A stretch of DNA of 63,835 nt, counting the filler, from Bigelowiella natans CCMP2755 (taxonomy: Eukaryota; Protista; Cercozoa): NCBI GenBank assembly GCA_000320545.1. It is 9 parts of 9 records of this genome, joined end to end, with 100 filler letters (N's around TTAATTAATTAA, not from the genome) between each part and the next. Parts side by side here need not be neighbours in the genome. Positions count along the whole stretch, not along the records: positions 1 to 16,740 come from ADNK01002161.1; positions 16,841 to 25,536 come from ADNK01001120.1; 7 more parts are not named here. One strand, written 5' to 3'. Every line of letters begins with the position of its first letter. Position 1 is the stretch's first letter. Below the pieces are notes generated by a model. It saw only the letters and a list, made by a program, of their open reading frames with translations. It was not told the origin of the DNA and made no database searches. Both the position numbers and the translations under genes were made by a program. Shown one piece after another: positions 11,561-22,701 of this stretch.

Positions 11561-13604
11561 TCATGCATGCAACGTCACCGAGCTAGTGTGTGCATCTCGT
11601 GAAGTGTGTTCTTGGAGTCTTTGCCTTCTTGTTGCGTTGTGAACAATGCGCAAATCTGCGCCAATTGATGCTGAGCTTGTTTCATCATCATCTTCATCGT
11701 GTTGCATCGCATCTTCAATTGAACTTGGTTCGTCGCTGTCATCGTGTTTGTGTTCACTCGTGTGGTCTGTGCTGGAACTGTCTGATTCACACTCGGGGTG
11801 ATGCCTAGCCATGTTGCTTCGAAACCATTCTGGGCCAGAGTGAATCAGCTCAATGATTTGTTTCTCGAAAGAAGCGATGTGATGCTTGATGCGGGTTTTG
11901 TCCATGCAATTGGATTGTTGGTTGAGTTTTGTTTTGCACATGTCAACATTGTTTGCAGTTGAACAGCATTTGTTGCAAGTGCATTTCACGTCATCGTCGT
12001 GCGATGATTTGTCTTTCACAACTTGAACAAGGTGTTTGATTCGCTCCATGAACCAATTGGATGTCTTTTGCAAGTTCGGAGTGTTGTTTCTGATTTCTGG
12101 TTGTTTCCGCTGAAGGTGTCCTTCTCCCATGGAAGTGCAAAATGTTTTGGTGCTGTTCCACATTGTTTTCATGATCTTGAAATGTTCATTTGCATGTTTG
12201 ATGTCTTCAGAATGGGTGTCCCGAATCACTTTGCGACCACAAATTGACAACATGGATTCACCAGGCTCTTCATTGCCATGATTTGGACTTTTGCTGAAGT
12301 TCAACCAGAAATCAGTGGAGGCATTTCGGTGCATCTCAAGAACAATGTGGTTCATGCATGTGTTCCTTCCACATTGCCTGTGTCCAAAATTGGCAAAAGC
12401 TGCCATGACACTTTTGTGCAAACTGAAAAGCATTTGAAAGTCGTCGACTTTCAAAGCGATCGTGCAATCGTGTAGCAACGGTGTGCAAAACCGAAGCAAA
12501 GAGCACCAAGAATCCAGTTCTTCCCTCTCTGGGATGTGTTGTCGATGAACGCTGCAAGCTGGACACTTGTCAAACGATTCTTTGTTGTCAATGTTCCAGT
12601 TGGCATCCAAAATCTCGTCTGTTTCACATTTTTCACCAGAGCATGTCACTCTCAAGAGTGAAAAAAAGCACACAATGTGCGCGATGTGCTTTGGTTTCGA
12701 TTTCCATTTCTGCCCAGGGTGCAGTTTTGCAAATGATGGCATGAAAATGTCTTCATGGCTTCTCCATGCGAGCATGGAAAGAAATTTGCAAGAGTGCCAC
12801 CATCCTAGAACAGGCACAATCAGGTTCCTCACATCCAAAATGCATGAACTTTTTGACCAAAATGCCTGAGCAATGACACACAAGGTTGCGAATGTGCCAG
12901 CACATTCGCAACAAAGCAGAACATTGCAAATGACCTTCAAAATCCTTTCACAAATGGCTGCATCCGAAACCACCGTGATCATGCAATTTTGTGGAATGTT
13001 CTGTTTGCACAAGCTCAATGAAATCTTGAACAGTCCTTCATTTGCCGAGACGTTGTGTTCGTTCATCTCGTGAGGTTGCACACGTGATGGAGCGTCGACC
13101 CGGTTTTTCACGGCCTTGATGTGTGCGTTCCTTTTCTTTTCATCTGCCACACATCTCATCACAGCATCCACTGTCACTTTGATGGGCACATGCCTGATGT
13201 CCCATTTCAAACACAAAGCAACACCGGACAAATTGAACTCAGCTTCGTCGATGAAACGCATGAACCAATTGGATTTGTCACTGAACAATGAGGTGACATC
13301 ACATTGAGGATGTCCCTTCTCAATGTGCCAACATGGTTTCTTGACAAAAGGACAGATTGCACTCGGATGCTTCTTGACAGCCACTGCACACCATTGACAG
13401 TTTTTGTGCACATTGTTTCCTCTTGGTGTTTGAACTGCCAACGCTTTCCCGCAATCATCAATCCACATCAAGCTCAGTTTTGATTCTCTGATTTCCACAT
13501 CATTCTCAATGCGGAGTTGTTTGCATCTCCTTGAGAATGAAGATTTTCCACCACCAATCCCAATCTTGGACAAAAGTTTTGCACCATTCAATGATGAACC
13601 TCTG
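11561..13604 (-). mobile_element. Academ/DUF6589-like DDE transposase gene, hypermutated (no Tyr) and 5'-truncated by a copia insertion; probable in-frame 69-nt intron at 12866-12934
   Basis: Motif order WIDD(C), VVSDAAI(C), PVLGWWHS(C)K, D(C)TIALKVDDFQMLF..K..MAAFANFGHRQ(C)GR, NEEPGE resembles Academ/DUF6589 transposases as I recall them (not searched). The frame stays open to the LTR junction and meets TGA at 13607-13609 inside the LTR. Confidence 0.6.
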
Positions 13605-14020
13605 TGTCAGCGGTCTGGCCGCGCCACCCACGATCAAGGAGCTGTCGCAGCATGCGCACGTCCACTCGTGCTGCACGCTGCGCTGCGCACATGCGCATGG
13701 AAGTTCTCAGAACTTCGGGAATCTTCGAGAAGCTTCGAGAATCTTCCAGAAGCTTCGAGAACATTCCGGAAGATTCGAGAATCTTCCAGAATCTTCGAGA
13801 GCATTCCGGAAGCTTCGAGAATCTTCCAGAGAATTCGAGAGAATTCTGGAAGATTCGAGAATCTTCGCGAATGCGCCGGAACCCAATGCGCACATGCATG
13901 CAGCGCAAGTCACAAGTCATCAACACAATTCAAACGCACACAGGACCGCGTGTTGACACTCAGTGACATCAGCACAGTCCCGCGCACAAAAGCTAAGCAG
14001 CTACCGCAAGCCCGCTAAAA
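13605..14020 (+). mobile_element. 5' LTR (~416 bp) of a Ty1/copia retrotransposon
   Basis: Starts TGTCAGCGG (13605) and ends CCGCTAAAA (14012-14020), an imperfect terminal inverted repeat. It is followed directly by a PBS and the gag-pol ORF. Confidence 0.8.
13719..13871. promoter_or_regulatory. Tandem heat-shock element array (nGAAnnTTCn) within the LTR
   Basis: 15 in-phase decamers plus a final GAA; 12 match GAAnnTTCnn exactly and 3 begin GAG (e.g. GAATCTTCGA GAAGCTTCGA GAATCTTCCA). Confidence 0.8.
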
Positions 14021-14031
14021 GGTTATGAGCC
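14021..14031 (+). promoter_or_regulatory. Primer-binding site GGTTATGAGCC (Ty5/copia-type, initiator-Met half-tRNA primer)
   Basis: Abuts the LTR 3' end and matches the PBS type complementary to the tRNA-iMet anticodon arm used by Ty5/copia-like elements. Confidence 0.8.
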
Positions 14032-14190
14032 TCAAGAGGACTTGCAAAAGAACCAAGCAAACCCCCCACCCCCCCCCTTCAGCTACATCCTTCCAGAAGA
14101 AGGAACTGAAAGCGACAACAGCATTCCCTCAGCCAATCTTCGGTCAAGCCTCCAAAGCACTGAAAACAAAGAAAACAGGAACGAAACAAC

Positions 14191-16740
14191 ATGTCAGAAA
14201 AGCAGATAGACTCCCTGCTGAAAAACTTCACCCTCAAGTACGATGGTAGCAACTACAAGCCCTACATGTACAAGCTAATGTCTGCCTTTGAAGCAGCGGA
14301 TTTGGAATCATGCTTCAATGTCAACATAGAAATAGAAGGAAAGGTGACAGAAGTCAATGTACGCACCGACCCCGCTCACCGACGAGAAGTACTCAAGCTA
14401 TCCCCGGAGCAATTCGATATCCTCAATCCCAAACCTGAAGGAAGAGGATCACAAGAAAAGATAAACAAAAGAAAGAGAGGAAGATTCTTCCTCACTGCTA
14501 CCCTTCCTGATAAATTCTTCGATCTACTCGAAGGAAAACCCAAAGACGTAGCAGTTACCTTAGCAGCCTTGCTGGAGAAGTACGAGCCTACCAATCCTGT
14601 AGCCGTCAGGAAACTTTATTCGAAACTAAGTGATATAAACATGGGTCAGTACAATGGAGACTTCACAAAGTATCATTCTGACCTTGACTCGACGATCAGA
14701 AGACTTCGGGCACAGCACGAAGGGTACTCCGACAACCAAGCGCTTGCCACTCTACTTCGAGGACTTGTACCTAGCGAAAAATACGAGACTATAGTTACAG
14801 TCATCAACAACAAGAAAGATGTTACCTTCGACTCTGCAGTGGACATGATCCGCTCCCACATAAACTCCCGATCATTAGATGACGGGCAGAGACCTTCAAA
14901 GAAACATGCAGGACACACCAGTGCAGAACACAAATACGTGAAGATGTACGATGGCTTGGAGAAAAGGCTAAACGAACTTACAGGTCAGCTGAAGACCTAC
15001 AAGAGGAAATTCAAAAAGGGAAAGAACAGATACAACAGCGAAGCATATCAAGACAATTCCAAGAAGCAAAAGAGAGAAGACTATTTCTTGAACTTAAAGA
15101 AAAGAACAAAATGCCATTACTGTGGCAAGAAAGGACATTGGGAAAAGGAATGCAGAAACAAGATGAGAGATGAAGGCAAGCAGAACAAAGGAAAACACTA
15201 TTCTTTTATTGATCATGGCTCCCCTTCCCAAAGACCCTCTTACATTAATAAGATGGCACGCGACAATTCTTACCTGCAAACGCTGAAGTACAACCATAAG
15301 CCTTTGATCCTTCTCGACAGCGGAGCCAACAACCACTTCTTCTGCGACCGCGACTTCTTCAACGAGTTGAAACCTATTCAACCACGATACATAGAAGTTG
15401 GCAAAGATGGGACAGGATTCTTTGTGAATTATGCAGGCGACGTCAAACTAACTACAAAAAACAAGCAAGGAAAGATGCACAAAATTGTTCTACAAGGAGC
15501 TTTGTACTCTGAAGAAGCTGCAGGCAATGTGATTTCTCTAAACAGACTAGTTAAGAGTGGCAGCGAGTACAAAGGAACAAAACAAGGAATAAGCATTACC
15601 GCCAACGGAGAGGAATACGCGTTCGGGGACTTTCAAGACGACGGCCTATTTTATTTGAGATATAAACAAATAAACAAAAGTACAAAAACACAAAGATTTA
15701 AATCCTACCCAATGAAACAGCCATCTTCAATCAAGCACGCACATAACATCCTAGGGCACATCGCAGCGGATAAGATAAGAGACACCTATGCAGTTACAGA
15801 AGGTTTACCTTATTCCAAGACGATAAAAATACCAAAGAAGATCTTTTGCAAGGCCTGTGATGTAGCCAAAACAAAAAGATCTCCGATCTTTGATCCAAGC
15901 GCCCAAGAAAGGATGAAACAGCATCGGAATAAAGCAAAGATTGAGGACGATGCTGTCAAAAAGAAGCAAAAATGTGTACCTGATATCCACAAGAAAAACC
16001 GGATGTGGAATAGAATTCACTCTGATGTAAAGACCATGCCTAACAGCATGGATGGTTACAAGTATTTCGTAATATTCGTACATGAAGGAACAAGGTGGGT
16101 TACCTTGGAGCTCTTGAGAAAGAAAAGCGAAGTTACGCAGAAAACCATACAGTTCATAAAGCACATCAGAAAGCTTCCAGGTTGTGGAAGCATAGACGAA
16201 TTCAGATCGGATGGTGGAGGTGAATATATGAGCGCAAAGCTACATAGCTGGCTCACCTCCGAAGGAATAAAATGGGTTCCTAGCACCGCCCGAACACCTG
16301 AGCAAAATGGAATGTCCGAGCGTCACATACAGACTATCATGGCGAAAACAAGAGCTATGTTAGAACATGCACGCTTACCGGTCGGATACTGGTCCTACGC
16401 AGCTCAGACTGCAGCATATCTCCACAACGTCACCTCACATCGCAGCACACCTGGTAGAAAAACGCCTAAAGAACTACTGCACCATGAGCAACCAAATCTA
16501 AAGAATCTAACTACCTGGGGATGCATCGGAGTAAACCACATTGACAAGGAACTCCGACCTGCAGGTGGTATGGGTGCTAGAGGTGAATACGTACGTATGT
16601 TGGGATATGACGATAGATTTGGTACTTTTCTCGTCGCCACGAAGACGCTGAAAATTAAAAGAGTCCGTGTAACTAAATGGTACCACACAGTGTATAAGTT
16701 TCCTTCGCTGAAGAGAAACAAAGTTAGTGATTCGGCTTTG
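14191..16740 (+). mobile_element. Ty1/copia gag-pol polyprotein (gag, zinc knuckle, protease, integrase); RT, RNase H and 3' LTR lost at the assembly gap
   Basis: Uninterrupted ORF with CHYCGKKGHWEKEC knuckle, LLDSGANNHF protease, HNILGH..CKAC, integrase IHSDV / FRSDGGGEY / PEQNGMSER, and MLGYD. Integrase directly follows protease, which is copia order. Confidence 0.95.
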
Positions 16741-16840
16741 NNNNNNNNNNNNNNNNNNNNNNNNNNNNNNNNNNNNNNNNNNNNTTAATTAATTAANNNN
16801 NNNNNNNNNNNNNNNNNNNNNNNNNNNNNNNNNNNNNNNN
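16741..16840. other. Artificial contig linker N44-TTAATTAATTAA-N44; also at 25537, 28302, 34506, 51123, 54782, 58552 and 61645
   Basis: The same 100-nt block with six-frame stops occurs eight times. Confidence 0.99.
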
Positions 16841-17074
16841 GATGAGGATAATGAGGAGGAGGAGGAGGAGGAGGAGGAGGAGGGAGGGGCTCACGTAATA
16901 GAGACGAACGAACGAAAAGCGAAACAGGAAGGCAGATGATGGTGATGATAAGACAAATTGTGAGTGTGTGTATGTAAAATTGATCTAGGCTGCAGCACCA
17001 AGAAAAATATATTAAATAGCCTCCTCTCCCCCCCCCACCTCCCCCCCCCCCCCCCCCTTCAATAACTACTTTAC

Positions 17075-17423
17075 GATGAGTTTCTTCACAAGGGGAAGCG
17101 GTATTGCGGCCGCTTCATCGATAACGAGGAGTTCCGCTTGCGACAACAAATGGCTATCTTTGGGTTGTATGTACTGGATAGTCTGTCGATGAGCGCGGAA
17201 TACGTTGACCTAGGGAGTAAGCGAGGGGGGGGGGGGGGGGGGAGGGGGGGCGAATACAAAAGGCATTAAAGAGAAACCGAGGGGCAGCACGTGGTGTGCG
17301 AGGGGAGGGGAGGTTATCCTTTTGATTATGATAATAAGAGCCAAACAGCTTCACAAAACATCATGAGGGTAGTATCTGATGATGAAGCATAAGCACGTAG
17401 CTCTAGGTTCATCGTTATATCAC

Positions 17424-17463
<40 letters not shown>

Positions 17464-17578
17464 GTTTCAGTGAGAAGCTTGCTCACCCGCACGACGCAGT
17501 TTTTCAGCTCAGGGTTCGTGGATTGAACTATTTCATAGTCGCTGTGCTCCTGCATTCCGGAAGAGATAAGAATATATG

Positions 17579-17619
<41 letters not shown>

Positions 17620-17989
17620 TTGTGTGTGGAGCTCCGTGTGCGGTAGCAGCAAGACGCACCTTATATTCCAATGCGTCCAGTCCCCGAAACACCATCTCGA
17701 AGACAGTTTTAAGGTTTTCCGGCGAGGGCGATGTCACGAAGATGTTAGAATATCTTGGGTGCGTTTGAAAAGCAGCAGCAAGAGGAGGAGGAGAGTAGAA
17801 GAAGAGGAGGGAAGGGGGGGAGGGGATGACCGAACAAGCGTGGGAGCAGCGACAGAAGAAAATTTTTATAATGGATTTAAGGTTTTTGATTTTGGTTTTG
17901 GTGTGTGTGTGTGTGTGTGTGTGGGTGTGTGTGTGTGTTAGATTGTACGCAAACTTTCAAAGAGACAAATGAGAAAAATGAGAGACACA

Positions 17990-18037
<48 letters not shown>

Positions 18038-18456
18038 AAAAAACCGTGTTGATCGTACTGCATCTTGTTGATCATGTGAATGCGCGCAACAATGACAGGC
18101 TCACAACCCATACGAAATCGCCCCAGCAATCGCGAATCCTAGAGCAGCAGATTTGCCACGTCCTCTGCCAGCAGTCATTGATACCTGTATTGTCGTTATA
18201 TCAGGTATACAGTTTCCACAATAATAGTAACTGAGAGAATAATAGCGGAACAGTGGCCGTTGGAGCTTGTGGCCTCCTCATCTTGAACGTACATAGTAGC
18301 AGAACTATTGCTGCTTTAGACATAAGTTGGAAATTTTCCTTCCTCCTCCTCTTTCTCTTTCTTCTTCTTTCTCTTTCTTCTTCTTCATGCATAGGAGCAG
18401 CAGTGCGTTTGTCCTACTATCTGCTGCTTTGAACGCTTGCTGCTGTTCTTATTGCG

Positions 18457-18491
<35 letters not shown>

Positions 18492-19639
18492 CAGCCGTTG
18501 TTGGCCGACTCTCCCACGCACCGTCGTGCTCAGTTGCTTGTCAGAGATCGCCTCGATGAAAGTCAAAACAGCTTTCGCCTATATGGATGGTGGGGACGAA
18601 GTAGATGGGGGGGGGGGGAAGAGGAGGATAAGGAGGAGGTAGAGGAGATTTTAATCATCCTTTGCAAGCTATCATCGTTGTCTTTTTCCGGCTACAGTAT
18701 TCACACCCAAGATCATCCTGTGTGCTTCCGAAGCACGATCTTACCAAGATCTCCATCATTTCCGCCACCACCATGACCGTTATCATCATTATCACCACCA
18801 CCATCATCATCATCATCATCTTCACCTGATCCAGAGTTTTGCACAGGTCAACAAGGCTACCAGCGGGCTGCGTGTCCTGCATTGCCGTCTGCACTTCCTT
18901 CAGCTCTGTCTCGTTCTGAAGTACAGCGATGGTGATGGTTATATTTTGTATTTGGGGGCGGGGAGGGGGGGGCAAGTAACGACAGGGATTCGTGAAAACG
19001 ACGGGACGATGCGTTATCGATGCTGCATAGATGAAACAGGTTGTTTTGGGGAGTGGAGGGATTAGTAATACCTCACTCTCTTCACGATCATTCGGCATCT
19101 TCTTGATGTTTCTGAACGGATAATAATAGCGAAGAGACAGAGTGGTATTTAGAATGATGATGATGATGATATGATGGCTCGCTCTCTCTACTTTCACTTC
19201 TATACTATATGATATATATATATATATATATATATATGTAATATAAATGTGTGTGTGTGTGTGGAGAGAGACGCCCCCCCTCTCTCCCTCCTGCTGTTTC
19301 CTATTCCGTCTCTCTGCTACTGCTGCTGCTGCTGCATTGCGGCTACTACGACACACTTGATGTGCGAGGATATCGGGAGGATGTTCAGCTCATCGTCAAC
19401 CACCTAACAACAACAATAACAACAATAAATCGTAACGAAGCTATTGTTTTTTAGACCATATACTCCCCATCAAAACCCTTGTTTCCTCTATCGCCCCTTA
19501 CAACGCTACGAACGACAACGACGGCATCATACAATGCAGGTCTTGCAGACGGCGAGGGAGAGGAGGAAACGCTCGTTGAACCGCGCGACGACGTCCTGGT
19601 GAGCTGCAGTTCGGAATCTGGTGGTATTGTGTGGCGTGT

Positions 19640-19677
<38 letters not shown>

Positions 19678-19685
19678 TAATCATG

Positions 19686-19720
<35 letters not shown>

Positions 19721-19912
19721 TATCCACATACGCATTTCGTGGTGTATGGCTAGTGCGCCGCAGCAGCAAGAGCAGGCTGTCTTAGCAGCGGGGAAGAGAC
19801 AACTGATGGTATCGATGTGATACCAGCCAACGCTACCACCACTGCTACTACCCCACCGTCGTCCTCGCCATCGTTCAATAAATATTATAAATATTTTTTT
19901 AATTTTGAATAC

Positions 19913-19945
<33 letters not shown>

Positions 19946-20491
19946 GTGTATATACTATATATCCCATGATCATCATCTTCTTCTTCTCTTTCATATACCT
20001 TTTGTGCACATCCATTGCCATGGTGTACAGCTGTGTCAGGGAGTTCATTGACTTGAGCATGAGGAGAATGATGCCACCCCCCGCGACGGTCTCCACCGTC
20101 CTCGCCAGCAAGTTGGGAGTGAGGAATTCGAAGTCCTTGGAGAAAAGGGGTAGGGATGTTAGTTAAGCGATTTCGTACAAGACTCCCTTCTCTGAGACGC
20201 CTCATCATCATCGTCATCATAATCACCATCACCGCCCTCGCTATCATCATCAACGACGCAATCGCTATTATTATCACCTGCAGCACGCACATCCCATAGG
20301 TGCTACCGAGAATCTTGTGCGTTTCATTGTAGTAGCAATATCTGTGCAGATACGGTGATGACGATGATGATAAGGATGGTGGTGGTGGTGGTGGTGGTGT
20401 GATAGGGATATGTAAGGTCAGGATGAGGAGGAGGAGTGCAGTACTCGAAGAACGAAAAAAGTTGGACATGGCACACACACACACACACATA

Positions 20492-20526
<35 letters not shown>

Positions 20527-21361
20527 TTTGTTGTGATACGAAACAAAAATAACACCACCTGATGTCGGTACAAGTAACGAACAGCTCGAAGGGGTTTTGC
20601 TCGTCAACCTGAAAAATGAGAGGGAGATCATGGCGGGTTAGCCGTCGCGCCGTTCTTCAAAACATTCAAGTTTCGAATAAGGAAATACGGAAGGGAGGGA
20701 AGAAAACATATGCACAGAGTACTCGCACGCGTACATTTTGACTGCATGCGGTGCACGTAGGCGAGAAATGCACACAATTCAGCCCACCTCTCGAATTCCG
20801 CGAGCGATGTCTCTTTTGAGCTTTGCCGCTCTCTTCCTCCTGTGTGTCGTGAAGCCAAGCTCCTAGAGAATGTTTGAAGTAGTATTGATTGACAGCATGC
20901 AGTAGGTAGGAGGCATTCGTCGTACATGCTCAATAACATCGAAGTAAAGCTGCTGCTGACCTTGTTGTAGCACCAGAGAACAGAGGGCCGTTTATCAATC
21001 GTAGTCTTCGAAAGTATGTAGTGCAAATTCGCCACCTGCTCCTTTGCGCGGTCCCTGAAAGGGTACAGGATGGGGGGGGGGGGGATTTTCGGGGGGGGAA
21101 AGCGAGACCGCGACGTAGGAAAGGAAATTACGATGAAATAAGAGGATGAAAGCGACACAGATAAACGGTCGTTTCGCGCCTTTCTATGAAACCACTTTCC
21201 GTTGATAACTAGCAGTTCACTACGCTTCCTACAACCGAAGCTGCCGGTAATAAGTAATACCCGACGATGACGAACATGGAGCGATGGCCAAGCTTCACCG
21301 CGTTCTCCACGAGCGTCCTGACCCTCGCATCGACCTTCTTGCGGACCACAGTCTTGGGCAT
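17075..21361 (-). CDS. NAT10: RNA cytidine acetyltransferase NAT10/Kre33, 5' portion (multi-exon, 3' end beyond the gap)
   Basis: Exons encode RKKVDARVRTLVENAVKLGHRSMFVIVG, KRPSVLWCYNK, RYCYYNETHKILGSTYGMCVLQ, LTPNLLARTVETVAGGG, DTQPAGSLVDLCKTLDQ, NIFVTSPSPENLKTVFE and AELLVIDEAAAIPLPLVKKL. Confidence 0.93.
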
Positions 21362-21852
21362 GATGTCAGCAACGAGGAGTGTGATGCACGGCGGCGGTGG
21401 GTGGTGCTGTGTTGCGCTGTGCTCCCTGCTGGCCTTTTCTTCTTCCTCTTTCTTTGCTTGTGTGAGGAGCTCGTTCCGTGCTTCAGGTCCGCTCCGGCGC
21501 CATGAGCTGCCCGATTTTTGCCGATTTTTGCTCCGCGACAACGGCGAGATGCTCTGCGCGACAAAAACCGCTCTCTGGGAAAAGTTCTCTCGGGAAAACA
21601 TCGAACATCCAACCGAGCTGCTGCATGAGGGAGCAAGCACGCGGATTCTGCCTCGGCAGATTTGGATTTTGAAGTCTCAGGGTGGAAAATACAGGCGATT
21701 TTTCCTTGGATCGTAAACTGCCCTGAAACGTCAACGCCCCTCCCAGGGTCTTTCTGCCCCGAGGCACTTCTTTCCAGAACAAGAGCTAAAAACCAAGGGG
21801 AGGAACCACAGGAAACAAGAGGGTGAAAAAGGCTTTTATCCATTCCGGGCAG

Positions 21853-22701
21853 ATGATCCGAACGGCGCGCAAGTCAAAGGATTCTAACCTTAAAATAGTG
21901 ACCAGAAGGAGACAAAAGCCAAAGCGAGTTGACCCGATCAACAGTGCAGACCAGGTTACTAGAATTCTGTTAGAAGATAATCGAGATAGTCTCAGACTCA
22001 GAAATTCTATCTTTTGAGTTTAACTTTCGAACCGTTCCATAACAAATGATTCTATACTGATTGAAGCTTTTCTGCAGGATGGCAGGACAACGTTAATAAA
22101 CGCAACTATCTCGAATTGCCAGTCTATCATTGATGACCTTCTCAGTTCACGGGCCAATGTAAACATACAGGATAAGGACGGTAGAACAGCATTGATTCAC
22201 GCCTCTAAGCTGGGACATGTCGACATAGCCTCCCAGCTTCTGGATGCAAAGGCAGACGTCAGCCTCGTGGATAAGGAAAAGAAAAATGCATTCATGATCT
22301 CAAAAAGTTCTAAAATAAAAGCTTTGCTTGCACCTCTCTACGAGGAAATTCCGGAACATCTAGCCGCAGAGCTCAGGAACAAGTCGAAGTTTGCGGAAAG
22401 CTGCAGGATCGAGGGAGATCGACACAAAAAGCGCGCCATTTCTTCAACAGATGATTCCATAATCTTACACTCAGCCTCCGAAGCAATTCGATATTATGAG
22501 CTTGCCCTTCAACATGAACCCTTTGATTTATCCCTCCAAGCTGCCAAACGGTCCGCATCCGATTTCTATAATCGTTTGGGTATCTTAATTGACGCACATA
22601 GCCAGGTGAAGTCGCACTTCGCATCATCTCTGAAGCACCCCGACCAAGCCCAGGATTCTTATGATATGGAGGGAATGAAAAATAAAGATGAGGAAAAATG
22701 A
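21853..22701 (+). CDS. Ankyrin-repeat protein with a C-terminal TPR-like helix pair; exons 21853-21954 and 22078-22701
   Basis: DGRTTLINAT...ANVNIQDKDGRTALIHASKLGHVDIASQLLDAKADV; EAIRYYELALQHEPFD; in-frame GT-AG intron. Confidence 0.75.

Noticed and set aside
10797-11568. Several Cys/His-rich ORFs as zinc-finger or metal-binding proteins
   Set aside because: Cys/His richness and ORF length are expected by-products of TG/CA enrichment and stop-codon loss; no finger spacing is recognisable.
11561-13591. Alternative genetic code or codon bias explaining the absence of Tyr
   Set aside because: TpA is missing in all frames and in non-coding parts including the LTR, while neighbouring genes use TAY and TAA/TAG normally.
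13700-13871. Periodic palindromic repeat as a CRISPR array or coding repeat (ORFs 13509-14018, 13531-13956 etc.)
   Set aside because: It has a 10-bp period with no spacers and lies within an LTR; the ORFs exist because TAA/TAG are missing from the domain.
10791-13993. Classical RIP or CpG-methylation decay as the cause of the skew
   Set aside because: RIP enriches TpA and depletes CpA/TpG, the opposite of what is seen; CpG is still common here.
16785-16796. Recurrent TTAATTAATTAA motif inside N runs
   Set aside because: Artificial six-frame-stop contig linker, identical at all eight gaps; adjacency across these gaps is also not guaranteed.
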